Source: Nitrospirota bacterium (GTDB taxonomy: Bacteria > Nitrospirota > UBA9217). Taken from it: 64,000 bases of DNA. This document shows, in pieces, positions 1 through 8,872 of the stretch. The position numbers and the translations under genes were made by a program. The stretch covers positions 32,001-96,000 of the forward strand of contig CAWIYV010000009.1 of the NCBI GenBank assembly GCA_963840455.1. Reading direction: 5' to 3'. The notes under the pieces are model-generated. The model did no database searches, had not been told where the DNA came from, and saw nothing but the letters and a program-made list of their open reading frames with translations. Numbering within the stretch: the stretch's first letter is position 1; each line of letters opens with the position of its first letter.

Positions 1-1223
1 TGCCCGACGGCAGGACGACCGACGCCGAGGTGCTCGAGATCGACGGCGAGACTGTGCTGGTCGAGGTCTACGGCACCACGCAGGGGATGGACATCGAGAG
101 GACCACGGTCACCTTCACCGACGCCATCAAGAAGGTGCCGCTTTCCCCGGACATCGTGGGCAGGATCTTCAACGGCTCCTTTGTACCAAAGGACAACGCG
201 CCCCTGTTCATCCCGGAAAAGTGGATGCCACTCACCGGAGCACCCATGAACCCCGCGGCCCGCGCGCGGCCCGCTGATTTCATCGAGACCGGCATCACCG
301 CCATCGACGGGTTGAACACCCTCGTGCGGGGGCAGAAGCTCCCGGTCTTTTCCTGCGCCGGGCTCCCGTCGAAGGAGGCCGTGGCCTACATCCTGAGGAA
401 CGCGCGGCTCGCTCAGGCGGACCGCAGCTTCGTCGTCGTATTCGCCGCACTGGGGCTCACCTTCCATGAGTACTCGTTCTACCAGAAGGTGCTGGACGAG
501 ATGCAGACGGGCTTCGTGGCATTCGTGAACATGGCCGACGAACCGGTGATGGAGCGTCTGCTCGCCCCGCGGTTCGCCCTCACCGTAGCGGAGTACCTGG
601 CCTTCGAGAAGAACATGGACGTCCTGGTCATCATCACCGACATGACGAACTACTGCGACGCCCTGCGCGAGATCTCCACAGCGCGCGAGGAACTACCCGG
701 CCGGCGCGGCTACCCCGGCTACATGTACTCGGACCTGGCATCGCTCTACGAGCGGGCGGGCCGCATCCGGGAACGGGAAGGGTCCGTCACCATGCTGCCG
801 GTGGTCACCATGCCCGAGGACGACATCACCCATCCTATCCCGGACCTCACCGGCTACATCACCGAGGGGCAAATCGTTCTATCCCGCGAGCTGCACCAGA
901 AAGGTGTGTTCCCACCCATCGACGTCCTACCAAGCCTGTCGCGGCTCATGCAGAAAGGCATCGGCGAAGGCAGGACGCGCAAGGACCACCGGAACGTTGC
1001 GAATCACCTCTATAAGTACTATGCCAAGGGCAGGGACCTGAGGCGGCTCGAGTCCATCGTGGGCAGGGACGGCATGACCAAGGCCGATGCGCTGATGCTC
1101 GATTTCGCCGACGCCTTCGAACGCGAGGTCATCGGCCAGGGAACATTGCGACGCACCGTGCAGGAAAGTCTGGACGCGGGGCTCACCCTCATGCAGCGGT
1201 TCAAGCTCGAGGTAAAGGCTTGA
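1..1223 (+). CDS. atpB: V/A-type ATP synthase subunit B (5' end outside window)
   Basis: Motifs TGITAIDGLNTLVRGQKLPVFS, PGRRGYPGYMYSDLASLYERAG and THPIPDLTGYITEGQI; the frame is open from the window edge. Confidence 0.95.
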   Translation, partial: PDGRTTDAEVLEIDGETVLVEVYGTTQGMDIERTTVTFTDAIKKVPLSPDIVGRIFNGSFVPKDNAPLFIPEKWMPLTGAPMNPAARARPADFIETGITAIDGLNTLVRGQKLPVFSCAGLPSKEAVAYILRNARLAQADRSFVVVFAALGLTFHEYSFYQKVLDEMQTGFVAFVNMADEPVMERLLAPRFALTVAEYLAFEKNMDVLVIITDMTNYCDALREISTAREELPGRRGYPGYMYSDLASLYERAGRIREREGSVTMLPVVTMPEDDITHPIPDLTGYITEGQIVLSRELHQKGVFPPIDVLPSLSRLMQKGIGEGRTRKDHRNVANHLYKYYAKGRDLRRLESIVGRDGMTKADALMLDFADAFEREVIGQGTLRRTVQESLDAGLTLMQRFKLEVKA

Positions 1224-2491
1224 GGTCTTTGCGTGTCCTTATGCTATTCCTTCTGGCCGCAGTCCTGGCGGGTCCATCCGTACAGGCGGCTCCGGCGGAG
1301 CAGGGGGCGGTCATCACGCTCTTCTGGGGCGAGGGATGTCCGCACTGCGAGCGGGAGAAGGTGTTTCTGAAAGATCTCGGGAAGAAGCATCCCGGCCTCC
1401 GGGTCAGGGACTACGAGGTCTGGAAGAACAAGGGCAACGGCGCACTCTACAAGCAGGTCCTGCGTACGGCCGGCATCAAGCAGGCGGGCGTTCCCACAAC
1501 CGTGGTGGGCACTGCGGTGTTCATGGGATTCAACGATCAAACGAGGAGGAGTATTGAGGAAGCCGTGAGCAGGTGCGTGCGAGACGGATGTCCGGACGGT
1601 GTTGCGGAGCTAAGCAAGCGGGAGTTGGCGCAAAATGCGGAAACAACGGGTATCGTGCGCATTCCATTCCTGGGCAGCATCGACCCAGCATCGGTGTCAC
1701 TGCCGGTCTTCACCATCATCATCGGAGCGCTGGACAGCTTCAATCCCTGCGCCTTCTTCGTCCTGCTGTTCCTGCTGAGCCTGCTGATCCATGCCCGGTC
1801 TCGGAAACGCATGTTCCTGATCGGTGGCATCTTCGTGCTCTTCTCGGGCCTCATCTACTTCTTGTTCATGGCCGCATGGCTCAACGTGTTCCTGGTCGTG
1901 GGCCAGATCGCGGCGATCACAGTAGCCGGCGGAATTGTCGCATTAGCTGTCGGGGGCATCAACGTGAAGGACTTCTTCTTGTTCAAACAGGGAGTATCGC
2001 TGGTGATCCCGGAATCGGCGAAGCCGAAGCTCTTCGAGCGGATGCGGGGTCTTTTGAAGGCCCCGACCATGCCCGCCATGATCGCCGGGACCATTGTCCT
2101 CGCCATCTCGGCGAACGCCTACGAGCTGCTGTGCACGGCCGGGTTCCCCATGGTCTACACCCGCGTGCTGACACTGCACAAACTCTCTTCCTTTCAATAC
2201 TACCAGTACCTCGTTCTGTACAACATCGTCTATGTCGTTCCCCTGGCCGTCATCGTTGCCGTCATCACGGTCACGCTGGGCGTCAGGAAACTGACCGAAT
2301 GGCAGGGGCGGCAGCTAAAGCTCGTATCAGGGCTGATGATGCTGTCGCTGGGGGCGGTGCTCATCGTGAACCCGGCGCTTCTGAACAACGCACTGGCCTC
2401 GGTCGTGATGCTGGCGGGAGTGCTCGCCGCCTCAGCGGTCATCATCATCGCGATGAAGTCGATGAGGCCGGAAATAGTGAAGCAGGTTTAA
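1220..2491 (+). CDS. Exported thioredoxin/glutaredoxin (CPHC) domain fused to a CcdA/DsbD-like multi-TM domain
   Basis: Signal peptide, WGEGCPHC and GVPT cis-Pro motif, then ~7 TM helices containing DSFNPCAF and ELLCTAG; the start overlaps the atpB stop (TTGA). Confidence 0.8.
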   Translation: MRSLRVLMLFLLAAVLAGPSVQAAPAEQGAVITLFWGEGCPHCEREKVFLKDLGKKHPGLRVRDYEVWKNKGNGALYKQVLRTAGIKQAGVPTTVVGTAVFMGFNDQTRRSIEEAVSRCVRDGCPDGVAELSKRELAQNAETTGIVRIPFLGSIDPASVSLPVFTIIIGALDSFNPCAFFVLLFLLSLLIHARSRKRMFLIGGIFVLFSGLIYFLFMAAWLNVFLVVGQIAAITVAGGIVALAVGGINVKDFFLFKQGVSLVIPESAKPKLFERMRGLLKAPTMPAMIAGTIVLAISANAYELLCTAGFPMVYTRVLTLHKLSSFQYYQYLVLYNIVYVVPLAVIVAVITVTLGVRKLTEWQGRQLKLVSGLMMLSLGAVLIVNPALLNNALASVVMLAGVLAASAVIIIAMKSMRPEIVKQV

Positions 2492-2563
2492 TGTTCAAGG
2501 TTTAAAGGTCAAAGAAGCGATGGCAGCATCTTACCTTGAACATTAAACATTGAACTTTGAATT
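2491..2563. repeat. Inverted arrays of degenerate 7-nt units (GTTCAAG-like / TTGAACA-like)
   Basis: aatgttcaaggtttaaaggtcaaag ... cttgaacattaaacattgaactttgaattg; similar units at ~3279-3300. Confidence 0.5.
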
Positions 2564-2574
2564 GAGCGAAGCTT

Positions 2575-3222
2575 ATGATCCATCCCACAAGAACCAACCT
2601 GCTGATGCTGAAGGAGAAGTCACGGTCCATCGTGAACAGCATTGGCATCCTGAAGGCCCGCAAGCAGGCGCTCATCAAGGAGTTCCTGGCTGCCACGCTG
2701 CCCTTCCTGCGCTCGCGCGAAGAGATCAAGAAGTCCTACGGCAGGGCCATCCGGGAGCTGGCCATCTCGCTGGGGCGCGAGGGCAAGGACACGATCGAAT
2801 CCCTCGCCGTTGCCACCGAGCGGGATTTCGGCATCGAGGTGAAGGAAAAGAGCATCTGGGGGCTCCGGTACAAGGACATCGCCTACCACGACACGCCGGT
2901 ACGGCAGCCGGACGAACGGGGATACGACGAGTCCGCCACGACCCCGCACCTCGACGACAGCGTCAATCTCTTCGAGAAGCTGCTGGAGTCCATGCTGACC
3001 ATCGCGGAGTACGAGAGCAAACTCAAGCGGCTGGGGGACGAGATCGTGAAGACCACGCGGAGGATCAAGGTGCTCGAGGAAATGGTTTTGCCGGGCATCA
3101 AGCGCCAGATCAGGTCTATTGGCCAGTACATCGGGGAGCGCGAGCGGGAGGCCTTCTACCGGCTGAAGCGGGTGAAGAGCATCCTGGAGCGGAAGGCGGA
3201 GCTTGTGAAGGCGAGGGGTTGA
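2575..3222 (+). CDS. atpD: V/A-type ATP synthase subunit D
   Basis: N-terminal PTRTNLLMLK and C-terminal TTRRIKVLEEMVLP...IGEREREAFYRLKRVK coiled-coil signature. Confidence 0.93.
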   Translation: MIHPTRTNLLMLKEKSRSIVNSIGILKARKQALIKEFLAATLPFLRSREEIKKSYGRAIRELAISLGREGKDTIESLAVATERDFGIEVKEKSIWGLRYKDIAYHDTPVRQPDERGYDESATTPHLDDSVNLFEKLLESMLTIAEYESKLKRLGDEIVKTTRRIKVLEEMVLPGIKRQIRSIGQYIGEREREAFYRLKRVKSILERKAELVKARG

Positions 3223-3308
3223 AAGGTTCGGAAGGATGACGCCATGAACCCAGTATTTCTGGCCCTTGGCTGTACCACTTGAACGTTGAACTTTGAACGT
3301 TTTTTTCC

Positions 3309-3764
3309 CTACAGCAGCTTTTCATCTACCAGCTCGAACCACCTCACCACCTTGACCTTGCCGTGCTCCGCCGCGAACTTCTCCGCCCGCGCCTTGTCCT
3401 TGAACGCCACGATACCGTAGCCCATGGGTGTTCTGACATCCGATGTGAGAACGAAGAACGCCTTCTCCGCTAATACGGCTTCCTCCGTCACATAATCGTA
3501 AACAACAGCATTGCTGTCGAACGTCATCTGCCGGGTGGCGCACTCGCTGTTCCGCGAGGCAACGGCGCAGCCGATGTCATCATACGACGAGGGACCCATG
3601 CCCGACACGTTCGGCAGAAACACGGAAAATTTCCTGTCCGCCTCGTCGATCATCATGTTGCTTTGACTGCAGACAGCGGCTTTCTTCGGCTCTGCGGCAC
3701 GGGCGGTGAGCGTCGCCAGAAAAAGGACCGGGAGGATGAGAATGAGTGGATGCTTGCTAAACAT
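3309..3764 (-). CDS. NosL-like periplasmic metal-binding protein
   Basis: Signal peptide, CSQSNMMI, DDIGC and TPMGYGIVAF motifs; GGAGG RBS. Confidence 0.7.
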   Translation of the reverse strand: MFSKHPLILILPVLFLATLTARAAEPKKAAVCSQSNMMIDEADRKFSVFLPNVSGMGPSSYDDIGCAVASRNSECATRQMTFDSNAVVYDYVTEEAVLAEKAFFVLTSDVRTPMGYGIVAFKDKARAEKFAAEHGKVKVVRWFELVDEKLL

Positions 3765-4126
3765 GGATGCCTCCGAAAAAGTATGAGCTTTATACCGAGC
3801 TGCCGGGCAGTGAAACGGTAATGACGGATGAGAGGGCCAATGACGAGCTCATACGCCGCACATCCGCCGGCGTGGAACGCCGGGTTAGAATACCATTGTC
3901 AGGTTCCGCTCTGCTCTGTCCGACCAACGCAACGATTGTCAGTGACCGGGTCCCTTTGATCTTTGTGGTCAGCAATGTTGTCGGAGAGACAATTACCCTG
4001 GAATTCTTCGGGGCTATTCGTGGTGATCAACACAGGGATGCGTACGCGGCATCCAGGAAGAAAGTTCTCCCTTATTGGTGCCGAACAACGCTATCAGATA
4101 TCCCTAATAAAATCAAGAAAACATGC

Positions 4127-4155
4127 AAAAAAAGCCCCTCAATCGAGGGGCTTTT
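4127..4155. terminator. Intrinsic terminator (bidirectional form) downstream of the multiheme cytochrome gene
   Basis: AAAAAAA-GCCCCTC-aatc-GAGGGGC-TTTT, a perfect 7-bp stem. Confidence 0.8.
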
Positions 4156-4174
4156 GATCTGGCCTTAGGGATCG

Positions 4175-6593
4175 CTATTCCCATCCGTCTGATACGACCT
4201 TCTGCGCTCTGTTGTACGGGAACTTTTCCATGAGCTTGTTGATGGGCAGTTTCTCGTCTCCCGCCCTCATGAAATGGAGCAGGGCCACCGATGCCCAGTA
4301 ATCATGATAATACTTCGTTCCCTCAAGCTGGACCGGGACTCCCTTGGCATTCACCCGGTGGCATGCTGCGCAGGTGACCGGGCCTGAGTATTTCCCGTCG
4401 GGGCTGAACTGGAGCGCCTGCTGATGAGTCGTGACATCGACCGTCTTGTTCGGGCCTTCATCGCGGACAGGATACAGCCCGTGGATCGACTCATGGCAGG
4501 ACTGGCAGGCGATGGTCCCGTGCGCCTTTGAGTATCGGTAGAGCGAATACTTGTTCGGCTGGTCGATGGGGAAGTAGGCGCCGCCTTCACTCTCGACAAA
4601 GGGTGCAAGGTGGCAGTCGGCGCAGTGCGGCTCGCCTGCGGCAAGCCACCAGTCCTTGCCCGGCAGAGGCGCCGTCGTAGGGCACCGGGTCGCCTTCCTT
4701 CGCGTTCCAGGCGAGGAGTTTGAGCTTACCCGCCGCGTCCTTGGAGGCACGCACGAGCGTCGCGCCCGTGTGCTTTCCATAGAAGGAGAACAGCGGGTCT
4801 CCCTCGGCGCCGACGACGGGGTCGGCGAAGTAGGTCTTGAACTTCTTCTCATCGTTGTTGGCCACGGTCTTCACGATCTCCGCGAGCGGCTTGTTCCGCA
4901 GGGTCTTGCCCTCCTGGGTGGCTACATTCATGAGATCGTCGAAGTTGTACAGCTCATGGGCAAGCTGGTTATGGCAGTTCGAGCAGTACAACCCCCTCAT
5001 CTCTTTAACAGTCTTTCCCATCTCGTCCTTCATGCTCACTTCCCTGAGATACCACTTCCCGAGCTGGTTCAGGAAGAAAGGCGGCTTGACCGCGGGGTTC
5101 GTGTGAGCGTCCCGCCGGAGATAGCAGCCGCCGCCGGCAATGCGCAGATCGGAATTCGTGAAGCTCGGGTTGCCCTCCTCATCGACGATTGCGAAGGGGT
5201 TCCTGCCGGGCGTGTTCATCTCCCGCACCTGCCAGTGCGTGGGATGGCAAGCCTGGCAGCTCTGGGTCCTTCCCGCCTTGTCCGGCATGGGAACGAACGA
5301 GGCATGGGCAGCGTGGATCGCTTCGGTGAGGGGCTTTGCCTTCACTGCCTTGTATCCCGTTGCGCCGGGCCGCGGCATTTGGAGGTTGCCCGATACGTTG
5401 TCGCCGTGGCAGTCAGCGCAGTTGACCGGGCCGTTCGATCCGAGCCGGTTCGATGAGGCCCCAGAGTTATAGGACTTCAGGAACGTGGTGCCGTTGTGCT
5501 TGTCGTGCAGCTCCAGAATGTTTATGGAGGCCTGCGATAGTCTGGCCATGAAATCCGTCATGTCGGCGTAATTCTTCTTCCAGTAGTCGTATTCTTTGTC
5601 GAAGAGTGTGAGGCCTTCCTCGCGGGAGAGCTTTGCAGCCCGTCCTTGTCCCGAATGGCAGGTGTAGCAGTTCGGCATATCAACGGGGTTGGTGCCAAAG
5701 AACTCCACGGGCTTTCCCTTTGTGAGCACAGGCTTGCCCGCCTTGTCGCGGAGCTGTACCTGGGAGTACTGGTAGGGCTGAAAATCGGCTGTGGAGATGC
5801 CGCGCAGCGTGCCTTTCCTCGCGCTGTCGTTGAAGGCAGTGAGCGGCAGGCCGAGGGCGTCCCAGAGGTATGACGAGGTAAGGGTGAGCGGAATGTTCTT
5901 CACTTCGGGTATCAGCGAATCGGTAAAGACCTTGTTCCCGCCGCTGCTACCGGCGTAGGCAAGATATCCTCCCGCGAGGCTTTTGCCTGACGGACCCGAA
6001 TCGACCGGCACCTGGATCTCCTTGCCCACATGCAGTCGCTTGGCCTCGGTCCAGTCTGGCGGGATTGTCCCTTCGAGGTCCTGGTAGATGAAGAGATGGG
6101 TCCAGACGTAGTTCGCCATGTTGTCACCGGGCTTGTCCATTTTGCCGTCGCCGTGGACGTCCTTGGACACTTCCCAATAGCGCATCTTGTTCCCTTCGCT
6201 GTAGCTGTTGTCGCGGACGGTGTAATAGAGCTGCAGCCCGTCATCCGGCGAAAGGAGATGAGGAAGTCCCCCCTTCACTCCGGTCCTAATTGCCTGGGCC
6301 TGGATGCTGTTGTAGGGCGGGATGACGCAGCAGTAGGAGATGTCGAAGCCCACGCAGTGCATGCCGAGTTCGTAGTTGATGAATATGGCGTAGGGGTCCC
6401 GCGGGTCATAGAGCGTCACGGGCGTTCCCGATCGGTCCTTGGCCGGGACCTTCTTCAAGGCTGTAAGTTTGAACAGTGGGCCCTTTGCGTTCGAATCAGC
6501 CTGCTGCGAGCCGGCAAAGGGGGAAGAATAGAGAAGAACAGCGGCGAGCGATAGCAGCAGCAACGCAGTACCGTAAATCCATTTCCTTTTCAT
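4175..6593 (-). pseudogene. Periplasmic multiheme c-type cytochrome (7 CxxCH), frameshifted at ~4660
   Basis: ORF 4587-6593 has a signal peptide, ELGMHC...PPYN and CYTCH, CADCH, CQACH, CSNCH; ORF 4175-4852 continues GKDWWL...CADCH, CQSCH, CAACH. Removing one G from GCC-GGG-CAA joins the frames. Confidence 0.8.
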
Positions 6594-7113
6594 AATTGCA
6601 CCTCCTCAAGGTGGATGACCTGTGGCTCCGTCTGAGGCCACGACAGTATTTACGCTCGACCGGAAAAGAAGTTCTCGATGAATGCCTTGGGGATACAGCT
6701 TGGCACGTCTTCCGGCGGACGATTCTGGCATAAGCAAAGACGTATCATAGGACTGCCATACTATAGTATTCAGTTCGCAAAAGTCGTTATGTGCACGGCA
6801 TTGGGAGATAATATTAAATATAGCAGATATCTGACCGAGAGAGGATCGACGGCTATTATAAAAGTGGCAGGAATGAATTGGCAGCCGGATCAATATCCGG
6901 CTGTCTTTGATACGCGCTGATGCAATGGGGACATTATGGAAGGGGCATGTCGCGCAAACGGATCTCCGCGATCATTTTGTGGGTGTTAGTGATCTTAGAC
7001 GTAGCTTTATTCAGGCGCATACAACTCCTTAATACTCTGCAATTTCCGGAAGACTCAACTGCCGGGACTTTCATAGCAAAAAGGAGTGATCATCGGCACA
7101 CTGCTGGGCCAAC

Positions 7114-7326
7114 TTACTTTTTCATTAATGAGGCGGCCTTCATGATCAGCAATATCCAAGGTATCCCGTGATAGGCGAGGTCGAACCAGTCGATCGGCCG
7201 TTTGAGTGTGCCATCCTTCAGCATCACCAGCTTCTCCCAGATGTGCGGCGGAAAGAAGGGCGCCAGGCCCAGCGTCAGGCAGGCGATGATCAGTAATCCC
7301 CAGGGAATCTTATCCAGAAATTGCAT
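7114..7326 (-). CDS. Small membrane protein (LGLAPF.P.PHI.EKL family, often auto-annotated 'RND transporter')
   Basis: 70 aa, two TM segments, conserved-looking LGLAPFFPPHIWEKL and IDWFDL motifs. Confidence 0.75.
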   Translation of the reverse strand: MQFLDKIPWGLLIIACLTLGLAPFFPPHIWEKLVMLKDGTLKRPIDWFDLAYHGIPWILLIMKAASLMKK

Positions 7327-7393
7327 GGTTTTCCTTTGCGCCCTTTGCGTCTTTGCAAGATACGATGTTGCTTCTAACCGTGTACATCCGTGG

Positions 7394-8629
7394 TTACTTT
7401 GATCCCGTCCGTTCCTCAGCCAGCCTGAAGTACTCTTCCCGGCATCTGCTTTCCACCTCGGCCATCTTCATGAAGGCGTCCCTGAAGTCCTTCTCTCCCG
7501 CGGCGAAGATCCCGTGGCCGTAGACGATGCAGACGCCTTGTTCCTTCATGGCCGCGGGTACTGATTTCGCCATGCCGCCGGCACCGGTCTCGCCCGCAAC
7601 GATGGGCACGCCGCAGACCGTGCGCGCCCGGTTGCAAAGGCGGTTGCAGTCCTTGATGTCGCAGTTCTTCTCGTCGCACAGCATGGACAGGATGATGCTG
7701 AACCTCGGATGACCATGCAGGACCGCCCGGTAGGGCGAATCGAGGTAGATCCCCCGGTGCGTGGGGAGTTCCGACGAGGCTGAAAGCCCGGCAGTCGAGG
7801 AGCCGTCAACGGGCACAGGATCGATGAAGCCTTCAAGCTCATCCAGGGACGAGGTGGTCTGGCTGATGAAGATGGTCGTACCGTCGAAGTAGCTGATGTT
7901 CCCGAAAAAGGAGTCCACGAACCCTTTCTCGACGGTGTAGCGACCCACCCGGCAGATCTCCTTATAGATCCCCTCCCTCGCCCCTTGGGGGAGAGGGTTG
8001 GGGTGAGGGGAAAGATGGGAAGCGGTGCTTCCCTCCAGCGGCCCGGGAGTAAAGGCAAGGCCGCTCAGGTCCGGCGTCCTGTTCCATGCCTGTTTGAACC
8101 CCTTGAAGACCATCCGCTCGCTCGGAAGCTTGAATCCGTCGGTCAGGACATCGAGGAGGTACTTGACGAAGGTGGTGTGGAAGATGGTGGAGAAGCCGAT
8201 GTAGGCCTGCTCTACGGTCACCCCGCCGGTCGAGACGACGCCCAGGCCCTGGATGATCGCGGCCTTGCGCTCTTTCAGACAGCGGACGATCATTGTCGTC
8301 AGGTCGGTCTTTGATGCACTCTCCCATTCCTTTTTCCGGATGATCGGAATATCATGCAGGAAGACCTTGGTCTCGCTGTCCTTGGGCTCGAGCCGGTCCG
8401 TTCCGGGTTCCGCACGTTCCACGAGCAGGTCGGCGAAGGGCAGCGTCAGCCTTGCGAACAGCAGGGCCGTGATATCCAATTCCTGAAAGACCGAACTGAA
8501 CACGGGAAGCCACTCATCCTGCCTGTTCGCAGACACGACATCGTCGAGGCGGTAGAAGCGGATGCTGTCGGGCACCGCGGTCCGGTCGCGCAGGAGCTTC
8601 TGCGTGTATTTCTCTATCTGGTCATGCAT
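7394..8629 (-). CDS. Class II aldolase/adducin family protein with a duplicated fold
   Basis: VDSFFGNIS, ASSELPTHRGIY, VLHGHP and VYGHG metal-binding motifs; start placed at MHDQ after GAAGG. Confidence 0.8.
   Translation of the reverse strand: MHDQIEKYTQKLLRDRTAVPDSIRFYRLDDVVSANRQDEWLPVFSSVFQELDITALLFARLTLPFADLLVERAEPGTDRLEPKDSETKVFLHDIPIIRKKEWESASKTDLTTMIVRCLKERKAAIIQGLGVVSTGGVTVEQAYIGFSTIFHTTFVKYLLDVLTDGFKLPSERMVFKGFKQAWNRTPDLSGLAFTPGPLEGSTASHLSPHPNPLPQGAREGIYKEICRVGRYTVEKGFVDSFFGNISYFDGTTIFISQTTSSLDELEGFIDPVPVDGSSTAGLSASSELPTHRGIYLDSPYRAVLHGHPRFSIILSMLCDEKNCDIKDCNRLCNRARTVCGVPIVAGETGAGGMAKSVPAAMKEQGVCIVYGHGIFAAGEKDFRDAFMKMAEVESRCREEYFRLAEERTGSK
7970..8010 (-). repeat. CCCTCACCC...CTCTCCC...GGG.GAGGG palindromic repeat, in frame inside the aldolase CDS
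   Basis: Minus strand reads CCCCTCACCCCAACCCTCTCCCCCAAGGGGCGAGGGAGGGG; related copies at ~9972-10004 and ~36607-36685. Confidence 0.7.
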
Positions 8630-8740
8630 GGGTGTACCTTCGTTTATATCGGTATTCACGGGATAAGTCAAGGTGGAGCAGCGGCGTGCGTCCTGCGTTC
8701 CCCATGGTCATCAACTCCACAAAGTCACCGAATCTCTCCA

Positions 8741-8815
8741 TTGAAGCTCCCTGCAGCAAGACTTCGGCGAGCTCAGTCGAGTCGCTGCGGGGAATGCGCC
8801 CGCTCCTGGATTCAA
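8741..8815 (-). mobile_element. Short TTGAA...TTCAA hairpin element with a nested 24-nt palindrome
   Basis: Reverse complement TTGAATCCAGGAGCGGGCGCATTCCCCGCAGC[GACTCGACTGAGCTCGCCGAAGTC]TTGCTGCAGGGAGCTTCAA matches the ends of the copies at 16890, 28868 and 40430. Confidence 0.7.
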
Positions 8816-8872
8816 CAAAGATGTACGCATCCTTGCTAAACTTGGACTATTGCATTATAGTAATATGCATTC

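Noticed and set aside
3767-4168. ORFs on either strand between the NosL-like gene and the terminator
   Set aside because: No RBS, recognisable motif or RNA structure I could support; the plus-strand ORF runs through the terminator.
6606-7171. Short ORFs upstream of the cytochrome gene
   Set aside because: AT-richer, probably regulatory DNA with no family signal.
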